Shown here piece by piece: positions 46,599 through 54,986 of a stretch of DNA of 56,912 nucleotides (positions are counted from its first letter, which is position 1; each line of letters opens with the position of its first letter). Below the pieces are notes generated by a model. That model ran no database searches. It saw nothing but the letters and a program-made list of their open reading frames with translations, and was not told the DNA's origin. The position numbers and the translations under genes were made by a program. The stretch comes from a virus. Taxonomy: Duplodnaviria > Caudoviricetes. Location: positions 1-56,912 of IMG/VR virus record IMGVR_UViG_3300030117_007306. One strand, 5' to 3'.

Positions 46599-47615
46599 AT
46601 GAACGACTCAAAAACTGGAAATATATTAGGAAAAGACGTTGCGGGTGTAAATTGTATTTTGCCGCACAAGCATAAGACTGCATGGGATTTATTCCTCAAA
46701 GGTTGTGCTAATAATTGGATGCCAACGGAAATATCCATGGCAGACGATATTAAGCAATGGAAAAATGGAGACATAACAGATGATGAAAAACTTTTGGTCA
46801 AACGTTCACTCGGCTTCTTTGCCGGTAGTGAATCTCTTGTTGGTAATAATCTACTATTGTCTGGTTTTAGGTACATCACTGACGCTGAGTGTCGCCAGTA
46901 TATTCTTCGGCAAGCGTTCGAAGAAAGCCTTCACAACTTAACTATCGTTTACGTTTGTGATTCTTTAGACCTTAAAATAGACGAGGTATATCAAGCATAT
47001 TTAAATATCCCATCTATCAAGGCTAAAGATGATTTCTTAATGAGTATTACTACCGATTTGAGCAGGCCAGATTTCAATCCACATACTCAAGAAGGTAAAA
47101 AAGAGATTTTAAGAAACTTCATTACTTACTGGATTGTTTGCGAAGGTATATTTTTCTTTAGTGGATTTGCTATGCTGCTGGCTCTCGGTCGGCAGAATAA
47201 AATGCAAGGTGTCGCTGATCAAATCAAATATACTCTGCGCGATGAAAGTTCGCATATTCAATTTGGAACTTATGTAATCAATCAGATTATTGAACAGAAT
47301 CCAAAAATTTGGACTAAAGCTTTTCAGCAGGAGATAACTGAACATATACAGAAAGCCGTACAGCTAGAAATAGCTTACGCGAGAGATGTGCTGCCTAGAG
47401 GTATTCTTGGCCTTAATGCGGAAATGTTTGTGGATTATATGCATTATATTGGCAACCGCAGACTTGAGGGAATTGGCCTTGAATACAGGTTTGAGTCAGA
47501 CAAAAACCCCTTCCCATGGCTCGGTGAGGTAGTTGACGTCCAAGCTATGGGTAACTTTTTTGAACGTCGAGTAAGAGAATATCAACAATCGGGTTCCCTT
47601 GAGGATGACTTTTGA
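46599..47615 (+). CDS. nrdB: ribonucleotide reductase beta subunit, class Ic-like
   Basis: FFAGSESLV, EESLH, EGIFF, RDESSH, NFFE. Confidence 0.93.
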   Translation: MNDSKTGNILGKDVAGVNCILPHKHKTAWDLFLKGCANNWMPTEISMADDIKQWKNGDITDDEKLLVKRSLGFFAGSESLVGNNLLLSGFRYITDAECRQYILRQAFEESLHNLTIVYVCDSLDLKIDEVYQAYLNIPSIKAKDDFLMSITTDLSRPDFNPHTQEGKKEILRNFITYWIVCEGIFFFSGFAMLLALGRQNKMQGVADQIKYTLRDESSHIQFGTYVINQIIEQNPKIWTKAFQQEITEHIQKAVQLEIAYARDVLPRGILGLNAEMFVDYMHYIGNRRLEGIGLEYRFESDKNPFPWLGEVVDVQAMGNFFERRVREYQQSGSLEDDF

Positions 47616-47636
47616 TGTAACATTCTGTATACAACA

Positions 47637-47831
47637 ATGTCACGATTCAAATTCGCTTCCGAGTCTTTTATGTTGGGCCAAATTTCATGCGAAATGATAG
47701 CCCTTTCTCAACACCTAAACAAAAATAACGGACAAAAGCTCAATGGCGAATTAGTAGAACTTGACAAAATAATCAACAGAGTCAACAGAGTAAAAGAGCT
47801 CATGCTAAGAAAGGACGAGAAAAATGCCTAG
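47637..47831 (+). CDS. hypothetical protein
   Basis: Co-oriented ORF. Confidence 0.5.
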   Translation: MSRFKFASESFMLGQISCEMIALSQHLNKNNGQKLNGELVELDKIINRVNRVKELMLRKDEKNA

Positions 47832-48021
47832 TATATCTGAATTTGAACGCATTAAACCTAGGGAAACCCATAAAGCTTTTGAGGACGCCCGAAAAAAGTA
47901 TGAAGCTATTCTGCGCGAAACCACCGTTATGGATGATGTAGACGCTACTAGAGTCGAAATGACATCTATTTTTCTAAAAGACCTAAAAGAAATTTATAAA
48001 AAATTTATTTCTGGGCTATAA
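47824..48021 (+). CDS. hypothetical protein
   Basis: Overlapping ORF. Confidence 0.55.
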   Translation: MPSISEFERIKPRETHKAFEDARKKYEAILRETTVMDDVDATRVEMTSIFLKDLKEIYKKFISGL

Positions 48022-48029
48022 TACCCTAT

Positions 48030-48245
48030 ATGAACAATCATATCAAAATGATGTTGGATTCCCACCGAAGATGCGCTGCTGCCATCCAAGACGCTGCAAA
48101 TGATGCTAGAAAGGCGGCTGACGCTTCTGCTCAAGAAGCCAAAGAGTTTGATTCAATGGCTCAAGAAGCGGCAAATAAGGCTGTAGAAGCGAACGAAAGA
48201 GTAAAAGTTTTAGAAGCGAAGCTGGCGGCAGCTACGGTAGAATAA
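48030..48245 (+). CDS. Ala-rich coiled-coil protein
   Basis: Composition; TATAAT 7 nt upstream of ATG. Confidence 0.6.
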   Translation: MNNHIKMMLDSHRRCAAAIQDAANDARKAADASAQEAKEFDSMAQEAANKAVEANERVKVLEAKLAAATVE

Positions 48246-48558
48246 TCCTATCTTGTATTTTTTTTATCAATTCTACTTGATTTTCGAATCTTATAAATTT
48301 AGTGATTACTGTTGCTCTTTGAGCGCGAACCTTAGTATCAAGACCTAACCCTTTCTCCTGTAATGGGCTAACTATGTCCGAAATGAAATCAAACATGCCC
48401 CTTTTTCGCATAAATTCCCAATACATATCCTTCATATCTGTTTCGCACTCAAGAAGCACGCTCATCTTACAGTCTAACTTAGCGCAAGAAAGAACGTACC
48501 TAAACGGGAGAGATTCCGTAGGAGGCTCACACAAAGGAGCATGAACTAACAAGTTCAT
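48232..48558 (-). CDS. hypothetical protein (counter-oriented)
   Basis: Fills the gap; GTGTAATA 6 nt upstream. Confidence 0.6.
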   Translation of the reverse strand: MNLLVHAPLCEPPTESLPFRYVLSCAKLDCKMSVLLECETDMKDMYWEFMRKRGMFDFISDIVSPLQEKGLGLDTKVRAQRATVITKFIRFENQVELIKKIQDRIILP

Positions 48559-48573
48559 ACATTATATTACACT

Positions 48574-49116
48574 ATGAATCAAACGAACTTAGTAAATGAT
48601 ATCCCAATAACAAAAGATGGATTTGATCATGTTAGCTGTATCGTTGAAATTCCTAAAGGCACCAACACCAAGTACGAGTACAATGAGAAATACAATATTT
48701 TTGAGCTTGAGAGATGTTTAGTTTCGTCTTTGCAATACCCGATTAATTATGGATTTATAACTCAAACTTTTGCCTTAGACAACGATCCGTTAGATGTTTT
48801 AATATTTAATCACGACCCGATAGACAGGGGAAGTTTGGTTAGATGCAGGGTCTTGGGAGTTCTAGATTTTGTGGATGATGATGAAATAGATTACAAAATT
48901 ATAGCAGTGCCTCATTGGACCCCGAAGGCTCGCTATCCAAGATTAAGCTCAATAGAACCAGAGCATCTTAAAATATATAAACAATTTTTCCGCATATATA
49001 AAATAGACAGAGCAAATACTGTAAAAGTTGGAGAATGGAAAAATGGTAAAAAAGCCAGCACAGTTGTTTTAGACGCTCATAACAGATGGCAAGAAAGGCA
49101 AGTTATAAATGATTGA
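48574..49116 (+). CDS. ppa: soluble inorganic pyrophosphatase (family I)
   Basis: VEIPKG..TKYE, YPINYGFI, DNDPLDV, DYKIIAV, FFRIYK. Confidence 0.93.
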   Translation: MNQTNLVNDIPITKDGFDHVSCIVEIPKGTNTKYEYNEKYNIFELERCLVSSLQYPINYGFITQTFALDNDPLDVLIFNHDPIDRGSLVRCRVLGVLDFVDDDEIDYKIIAVPHWTPKARYPRLSSIEPEHLKIYKQFFRIYKIDRANTVKVGEWKNGKKASTVVLDAHNRWQERQVIND

Positions 49117-49699
49117 TTTCGGCTTAACTGCACAAGAAGAGAGTAAGAATTTGCTGCAATACTATTGGTTTGAATCTGCCTTTCCACCGCATCTATGCCA
49201 ACAAATTATTGACCTAGGAAAGAGCTTCCCTCAGGAGGGAGGGCAAACTTTTTCAGGAGCAGGAGGTGAACCATCCTCCATTAGGTCTAGCACTATAAGA
49301 TGGATTGATTACCTAGATCCAAGAGCTAAATGGTTGGTAGATGAGTTGGGGCGTATGGCGATAGAAGCGAATAACAAATTGTTTCAATTAGATTTATATG
49401 GCTTTACGGAAAAGTTACAATTTACAGAATATGAAGGCCAAGGATCGCACTACGATTGGCATCCTGACATTGGCCCGAATATGACTAAAAGAAAGATAAG
49501 TATGGTCGTGCAGCTAAGTGACGAAAAAGATTACGAAGGCGGCGAATTGCTTATTAACACAGGGCAGTTGCTAGTACCTAGTAAAAAACAGGGCAGCGTT
49601 ATACTCTTTCCGTCTTTTTTAATGCATAAAGTAGAACCCTTGCGGTCTGGAAACAGATACTCTTTAGTTTCTTGGATTAGCGGTAACACTTGGAGATAA
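49109..49699 (+). CDS. 2OG-Fe(II) oxygenase (PKHD/P4Hc-like)
   Basis: WHPD, RKIS, YEGGEL, FPSFLMHKV, RYSLVSW. Confidence 0.9.
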   Translation: MIDFGLTAQEESKNLLQYYWFESAFPPHLCQQIIDLGKSFPQEGGQTFSGAGGEPSSIRSSTIRWIDYLDPRAKWLVDELGRMAIEANNKLFQLDLYGFTEKLQFTEYEGQGSHYDWHPDIGPNMTKRKISMVVQLSDEKDYEGGELLINTGQLLVPSKKQGSVILFPSFLMHKVEPLRSGNRYSLVSWISGNTWR

Positions 49700-50280
49700 C
49701 TATGGGAATGTTTGATGATATAATTGTACCGAAGTCTTATTTAAAAAGCTTGTTAACAAAAGAGCAAGAGAGGCTAGTTGTAGATAACGACTATCAAACC
49801 AAATCTTTTGAAAACTTTTTAGCGCAATATAAAATCCATAGACAAAAGCTTTACATAAAAAAGGACGGTTTCAAAAAAGGCGGCAAATGGACTTTTGTAA
49901 AAGACTATACTGGAGAAGTTATTTTTTATACGTCCTTTCAAGACAAAGACGAAAATGTGTGGTGGTCGGAGTTTAACTTTTCTTTTGTAAATGGTGTTTT
50001 AGATAAAAAGGAGCTAGTTAAATTTGAAATACAGGAAACTGCTGAAGAGGCAAAAGAAAGAGCGAAGGCTTGGACAAAAAGGCACGCAGAAATCGACGTT
50101 TTTCAGAAGACTTTGAAATACAAGTTTTTCGAAAAAGTACGAGTAGTTTTAAGTCGTGTGTTAGAGTGGGTACAAAAACAAACAATATTACCTAGCCCAA
50201 ACTCTGTGAAAATTGACAGAAGTCGGGCAGCGAAAAAGGCAAAATTAAGATCAGATCCCTCTATATGGAAGGATATGTAA
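49690..50280 (+). CDS. hypothetical phage protein
   Basis: MGMFDDI...YQTK pattern. Confidence 0.6.
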   Translation: MEITMGMFDDIIVPKSYLKSLLTKEQERLVVDNDYQTKSFENFLAQYKIHRQKLYIKKDGFKKGGKWTFVKDYTGEVIFYTSFQDKDENVWWSEFNFSFVNGVLDKKELVKFEIQETAEEAKERAKAWTKRHAEIDVFQKTLKYKFFEKVRVVLSRVLEWVQKQTILPSPNSVKIDRSRAAKKAKLRSDPSIWKDM

Positions 50281-50281
50281 G

Positions 50282-50527
50282 ATGGATTTTCCAGCCAAAG
50301 GTTACAAAGACCTAAAAGAAGACTGCCCGGATATCCCAGCGGATACTTGCCCATTGATTGACAAGACCCTCAAGCATGTCACTGAAATTGAGGTTAATTT
50401 AGAGCAACTTCGAGACCAAAATGAAGCTCTACGTGACGTTGGCAAGTTTTGGAGAGCAACGGCACTAAACTTGCTTCAAGAATGCTGCGATTTATATAGA
50501 TATATAAAAAAGTTAGAAGATGAATGA
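50282..50527 (+). CDS. hypothetical coiled-coil protein
   Basis: TCPLID...LEQLRDQNEALR. Confidence 0.6.
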   Translation: MDFPAKGYKDLKEDCPDIPADTCPLIDKTLKHVTEIEVNLEQLRDQNEALRDVGKFWRATALNLLQECCDLYRYIKKLEDE

Positions 50528-50799
50528 AAAAAGGATTTACAGTACTGGAGCTTTTATTAGCCATTACTGTTATAATGTTGCTTATTTCGATTTCCTTGCA
50601 GGCTTATGCAAATGCGCAGCGCCAAGCCAGAATCGCTGCGTGTAAAGTATATAGAAAACAGATAGAAACTTTTCGCGAGATGCCAGAATACAGCCTACCA
50701 ACCATATCGGACTCCGATATTAAAGCTTTAGTGAAGACTTACGACCAATGTTATCAATGCCATACAACAGCAAGAATCCCTTATTATTACGCAGAATGA
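50524..50799 (+). CDS. prepilin-type N-terminal cleavage protein with CxxCH
   Basis: KKGFTVLELLLAITVI; CYQCH. Confidence 0.8.
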   Translation: MKKGFTVLELLLAITVIMLLISISLQAYANAQRQARIAACKVYRKQIETFREMPEYSLPTISDSDIKALVKTYDQCYQCHTTARIPYYYAE

Positions 50800-51467
50800 A
50801 AATATTATTATTTATCCTACTCGCTCCAGCGCTTTACGCGCAGACAACTCGGTACGATCAAATAGTCGAGAGAAATGCTTTTTCTCTACTAGACAAAGCT
50901 CCAGCTAAAGTTGAACTACCGAAGCTTCTGGAGAAGCCGCCTGTTAAATTAAATCTCACCGGGATTATAACAAGGAGGGGTGTGACTAGTGTTTATTTGT
51001 TTTCGAAAGACATACCTAAAAGATTCCTAACGCTTTCTACTAAAATGAGAACGGATAGTGGGGTGACACTTTTAAGTGTGGAAAAAGGTTTAGTGAAGGT
51101 AAACAATAATGGCGTGACCGAGTTGCTCTCTTTTGAGACCCATAAACTACCTTCTGTAGTTACATTACCCAAGCTCAACACCAAGCCCACTATTGTAAAA
51201 AAGAAGGACGATAAAAACAAGTCCGTCAAAGCGGCCTCTCCAACCCCCAAGGCAAACATAGTCACCGTTCCTTCTAGACGGCCGAAAGTAGACCCAAGAA
51301 TTATCCAAAAAGGGTTGGAGTATATAGATAAAATAGAGGATAAGGAAAAAAGAGAATACATTCTCAACAGGCTCGAACGGCTCCAAAGCGGCCAAGAAAA
51401 AATCGACAGAAAGATTGACAGTAATGAAAGGAAGCGCCAATATGACGAGAGGCGTAGAGATAAATGA
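50796..51467 (+). CDS. secreted hypothetical protein
   Basis: Signal peptide MKILLFILLAPALYA at ATG 50796 (ATGA-coupled). Confidence 0.65.
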   Translation: MKILLFILLAPALYAQTTRYDQIVERNAFSLLDKAPAKVELPKLLEKPPVKLNLTGIITRRGVTSVYLFSKDIPKRFLTLSTKMRTDSGVTLLSVEKGLVKVNNNGVTELLSFETHKLPSVVTLPKLNTKPTIVKKKDDKNKSVKAASPTPKANIVTVPSRRPKVDPRIIQKGLEYIDKIEDKEKREYILNRLERLQSGQEKIDRKIDSNERKRQYDERRRDK

Positions 51468-51673
51468 CTGTAAAAAAAGATAAGCTAATAGAATTCACAA
51501 ACCTCGTAAACGAGTGCTGCGCGGTTATGGATGATGACCATGTAGCAGACTGGCTAACTAAGCCAAACTCAGATTTAAATATGGACGTGCCATTAGACAT
51601 ATTTAATTCTGAAGGTACGGATAGAATTTTCCGACTCCTGTATTTCATAGATATAGGCGAAGCGGACGTTTAA
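51464..51673 (+). CDS. Xre/MbcA/ParS antitoxin toxin-binding domain (DUF2384-like)
   Basis: VADWLTKPNSDLNMDVPLDIF...GTDRIFRLL. Confidence 0.75.
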   Translation: MTVKKDKLIEFTNLVNECCAVMDDDHVADWLTKPNSDLNMDVPLDIFNSEGTDRIFRLLYFIDIGEADV

Positions 51674-51735
51674 TTTTTATGTATTTCATGCAGTTAATAC
51701 TTGCAAAAAGTATTTCGGAGCTTCAATACAAAAAA
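51674..51735 (+). ncRNA. Single TTCR-N5-TYA hairpin unit (site 5)
   Basis: TTTTTaTGTAT TTCA tgcag TTA ATACTT gcaaa AAGTAT TTCG gagct TCA ATACAAAAA. Confidence 0.75.
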
Positions 51736-51739
51736 AAAT

Positions 51740-51768
51740 TTGATTTTTTGTAATCTTATTTCTAAGAT
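51740..51768 (+). promoter_or_regulatory. sigma70-type promoter TTGATT-17-TAAGAT for the IS110-like gene
   Basis: Hexamers and spacing. Confidence 0.6.
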
Positions 51769-51782
51769 ACTGTTAACTTGAT

Positions 51783-51840
51783 TGACTGTCAGGTTTCAAC
51801 GAAACAACCTACTAGATAGGTTTCAGAAAACTAATAGTCA
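51783..51840 (+). ncRNA. Divergent hairpin unit in the 5' leader of the IS110-like gene (site 6)
   Basis: TGACTGT caggt TTCA acgaa ACA ACCTA ctaga TAGGT TTCA gaaaa CTA ATAGTCA; same CTAGA loop as sites 1 and 2. Confidence 0.55.
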
Positions 51841-51855
51841 CTTTTTAGAAATATT

Positions 51856-52956
51856 ATGACAGGTAAAGAAAATCTGGCAAGTGGTACGCCAGCAGTAGAA
51901 GTAGCCACAGAGGCTTGCTCCTTTCGGAGCAAGGTAAATAACGGAAACCTGAATACTATTGACTGTGGCAAAAATACAGCCACTTGGCTCAATAGCAAAA
52001 CTGGTGAGGTCGAAACAATCTCCAAAGATGAGGTTATTGATTTGCCTTTCAAAATTCAGGGACAGGCTTTGGCGGGTGAAGATGCCCATTTCGGAATCCC
52101 AAAGGGTCCCGAGTCTATGGCGCAGCCTTTTAGCTCATCTCAGCTTGAAAAGTTCTACAAGAATTGTGAGTCCGCAAACGTGAGTCTCAAATTGATCTCT
52201 CAAAAACAAACCCCTCGGGCTCTTTGTTACGCTAATCTAGAGAAATCAGACGAGACTGACCCTATTGCGATTCATAAGTTAATTACGGATTTTCCGCAAC
52301 TAACTTTAAAAAATCCTGACGTTTCCTGTTTTTCCGTTAGCACTACGAAAAATTCGTCTTATAAGATAGTCAAAGACATCACAAAGTTACTTAATTACAG
52401 CAGGATGAGTCCAGCGTATGAAAGTGGCGAGGTGACAGAATTCATCAAAGGTTTATTACCTGAGATGCGAGCTACATTATCTGACGAAACTTTGGACGCG
52501 ATGGGTCTTACCGAAGACTGTTTGTTTAAAGTAAAATCCAAAAAAGGTCAAATTAACTTAAAGAAAGTTAAATTCGGACAATTATATACAATCGCTTCTC
52601 TTCTTATGGGCGAGCTAATACCCAACCCAGAGACTGAAGATGTTGATATTTTGGCAACTCCTAGAATTCAACCGGGAACCGACCGACTGGCTAGTTGGAA
52701 ATATATAAAGTCCCACATCTTACGTTGTTCTCCTTTTCATGAAAATGGAGGAACAGCAAGAAGTAACATATATTATCACGGCGCGAAAAGCTATATTATT
52801 AGAAAAGCTAAAGAGCAAGGCGTGATTTTAAAAGGCAAACAAAGAGGCTCCTTTAACAACGAAGAAGATAAAGTTTTTAGACACTATAGAAACCTTTATA
52901 TTCATACCGCTGTTAGAGAGGTCTTTGAATTTTTCAAAAGTAAAATAACTGTTTGA
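51856..52956 (+). CDS. IS110-family-related DEDD RuvC protein (TasR/bridge-recombinase-like)
   Basis: IDCGK (D), AGEDAH (E), KSDETDPIAI (DD; cf. IS110 KTDxxDAxxIA); C-terminal SPFHENGGTARSNIY loosely resembles the Tnp20/Nop region. Confidence 0.65.
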   Translation: MTGKENLASGTPAVEVATEACSFRSKVNNGNLNTIDCGKNTATWLNSKTGEVETISKDEVIDLPFKIQGQALAGEDAHFGIPKGPESMAQPFSSSQLEKFYKNCESANVSLKLISQKQTPRALCYANLEKSDETDPIAIHKLITDFPQLTLKNPDVSCFSVSTTKNSSYKIVKDITKLLNYSRMSPAYESGEVTEFIKGLLPEMRATLSDETLDAMGLTEDCLFKVKSKKGQINLKKVKFGQLYTIASLLMGELIPNPETEDVDILATPRIQPGTDRLASWKYIKSHILRCSPFHENGGTARSNIYYHGAKSYIIRKAKEQGVILKGKQRGSFNNEEDKVFRHYRNLYIHTAVREVFEFFKSKITV

Positions 52957-52974
52957 TTATTTGTATCGCCTAGC

Positions 52975-53113
52975 AAAAAAGGGGGTAGTTCAACTCGTTA
53001 ATACCTTAAAAGTATTTCGCATCGTTACTACTCCCCTTTTTTAGTATTTCAAATTATCAACAAAAGGTTTTTTGTTTCAGCTTATTAATACTAAAAAATA
53101 TTTCGCATTATTA
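52975..53113 (+). ncRNA. Tandem TTCR-N5-TYA hairpin units (site 7) downstream of the IS110-like gene
   Basis: Five boxes: actcg, catcg, aatta, gctta, catta; stems AAAAAAGGGGGTAG/CTACTCCCCTTTTTT, TTTTTTAGTAT/ATACTAAAAAA, ACAAAA/TTTTGT. Confidence 0.75.
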
Positions 53114-53118
53114 AAAAA

Positions 53119-53472
53119 ATGAGAACTTCAATTAAAAAAGTAAAAAAGGATTGGGGGTACGAGCTTTGGCTCGTCAACAACAAAGAGGAGAATTATTGCG
53201 GCAAAATCCTTTACATCAACGAAGGGTACAAAGGCTCGATGCATTTCCATGCCAATAAGCATGAGACTTTTTACATCTTAGAAGGCAAATTAAAGGTTGA
53301 AACCTTAAATACAGAAACCGCAAAAAAAACTGTTTACATTCTTGAGGAAGGTGATACATTCGTTCTCGAAAGGTTGAAGCCTCATCAACTTATCGCGCAT
53401 GAAGGCGATGTTAAGTTCTTGGAGGTCAGTACCTTCCATGAAGATAGCGACAGCTACAGAGTCTGGAGATAA
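53119..53472 (+). CDS. cupin (mannose-6-phosphate isomerase-like)
   Basis: KDWGYELW, SMHFH..KHETFY, PHQL, EVST. Confidence 0.8.
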   Translation: MRTSIKKVKKDWGYELWLVNNKEENYCGKILYINEGYKGSMHFHANKHETFYILEGKLKVETLNTETAKKTVYILEEGDTFVLERLKPHQLIAHEGDVKFLEVSTFHEDSDSYRVWR

Positions 53473-53969
53473 TGAAAAAAATTATATTTGCATTACTAAT
53501 GTCGGTCGCCTTGGTTCAAGGTGAGGAACTTAAAGTATTTGGCAAAACTGTTATTTACGAAAACGGCAGTTGGGTAAATCCTGAGGAGCCTGAGTTTAAA
53601 ATTACTAAACCTAAAACTTGGCTAAAGCGCAACTACGTTCGCCACTACATGCAAGGCTCTCAAGAGCTTACAGATTCAATCATAAAGATTAATTTCAAAG
53701 AACTTGTAGAGGCTGGTAAAACTGGTGATCAAATTAAAATGAACGAGTTTATCGAGCTCTTTCAATTTGACAAAACTAAAGCTGCCGTCAAGGAGCATCC
53801 AGAAGCCGTGGTCGTGCCCGCTGGCATGGCTCTAGGCTCTGCTGCTGAAGGCGGCAAAGGCACGGTTATGGCAACAGTTGGTCTGCTTAAAAACGTTGGC
53901 ACTTTGACGCTAAAGACACTTAAGTTTTTGGCTAAACCTGTGACCAAAGTAGTTAAGGTAGAAAAATGA
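53472..53969 (+). CDS. secreted hypothetical protein
   Basis: Signal peptide MKKIIFALLMSVALVQG. Confidence 0.65.
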   Translation: MKKIIFALLMSVALVQGEELKVFGKTVIYENGSWVNPEEPEFKITKPKTWLKRNYVRHYMQGSQELTDSIIKINFKELVEAGKTGDQIKMNEFIELFQFDKTKAAVKEHPEAVVVPAGMALGSAAEGGKGTVMATVGLLKNVGTLTLKTLKFLAKPVTKVVKVEK

Positions 53970-54214
53970 AGAGATATATTTTAGGCTTTCTAGCTTTCAT
54001 TGGACTTAACTTCGCTGGCTTGTTCTCTTTGGGGATGATAGTCGGTTTTGTCATGGCTTTAGGTGGAGAAAGAAATGCAGATGCTCTTGAACAATCCGGC
54101 TGGTTTAACGCGCTAGTGCTTGTCGTTTGGCCAATTATTTCTTTCTTTGCTTTTAAATTTTCAATACAAAGAATTGTTCTAAAAACTAAAGACGAGGATT
54201 CAAAACTTTTCTGA
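53966..54214 (+). CDS. two-TM membrane protein
   Basis: Two hydrophobic helices. Confidence 0.65.
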   Translation: MKRYILGFLAFIGLNFAGLFSLGMIVGFVMALGGERNADALEQSGWFNALVLVVWPIISFFAFKFSIQRIVLKTKDEDSKLF

Positions 54215-54215
54215 G

Positions 54216-54986
54216 ATGAGGCACTTAATACTATCAATGTTGGTTTCTGTTTCTGTTTTTGCGCAGACAGAAGAAAATAAATCATTTGTGGCTTTTGCTA
54301 ACAGCTATATTCCAGAGTTAGACGAGAGAGTCCTAACTCGCGAAGAAATTTGGGAGGAAAAAGAGCCAAAAGAATATTATCCTGTAAATGATATTATAAC
54401 TAAAAAGACTCTTTTTGTACCCACGACAGGCGCGAACAAAGCTTTTTATCAATCTTTAAATTATTACAATAGAAATCTTTTCATGGCGCTAAAGCAAGCG
54501 GCGAAAAAAGCAAGAGAGGTTAATAAAACTTTCTATGTTAATATAGTTGCTGGCGAAGGCACGCCCGCTCACGCTTTCAAAGGAAGAAATAATGTATATA
54601 AAGCCTCTGAGTACACAGAAGGCCAGTGGACTATACTAGGTATCAATCCAAAAGGAGAACTCGTACAAGACCATTACCAACATGGCGAGTACGGCAAGGT
54701 GGGAAGGGACGGTATTTCGTACGAACATGCTATTAAAACCTTTAAAGCTACAAAATTAAGAGAAGCTGCAAACAGGGCGGAAGAAAGCGATAAGAAACAC
54801 GACTGGGAAGTCATACTTTCTTTTGACGATGCGCAAAATCAAGTATTTAAGTTTGATACTTTCGCAAAGTATGAAGAGTTTTACAATCTTAATAAGCTTT
54901 ATAACTTCAAGCCCGAGAATATTAAGACAAGAAAAATCAATATTAAAACACAGCACCAATCTAAAAAGCCTTTAGTAAGTAAATGA
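54216..54986 (+). CDS. secreted hypothetical protein
   Basis: Signal peptide MRHLILSMLVSVSVFA. Confidence 0.65.
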   Translation: MRHLILSMLVSVSVFAQTEENKSFVAFANSYIPELDERVLTREEIWEEKEPKEYYPVNDIITKKTLFVPTTGANKAFYQSLNYYNRNLFMALKQAAKKAREVNKTFYVNIVAGEGTPAHAFKGRNNVYKASEYTEGQWTILGINPKGELVQDHYQHGEYGKVGRDGISYEHAIKTFKATKLREAANRAEESDKKHDWEVILSFDDAQNQVFKFDTFAKYEEFYNLNKLYNFKPENIKTRKINIKTQHQSKKPLVSK

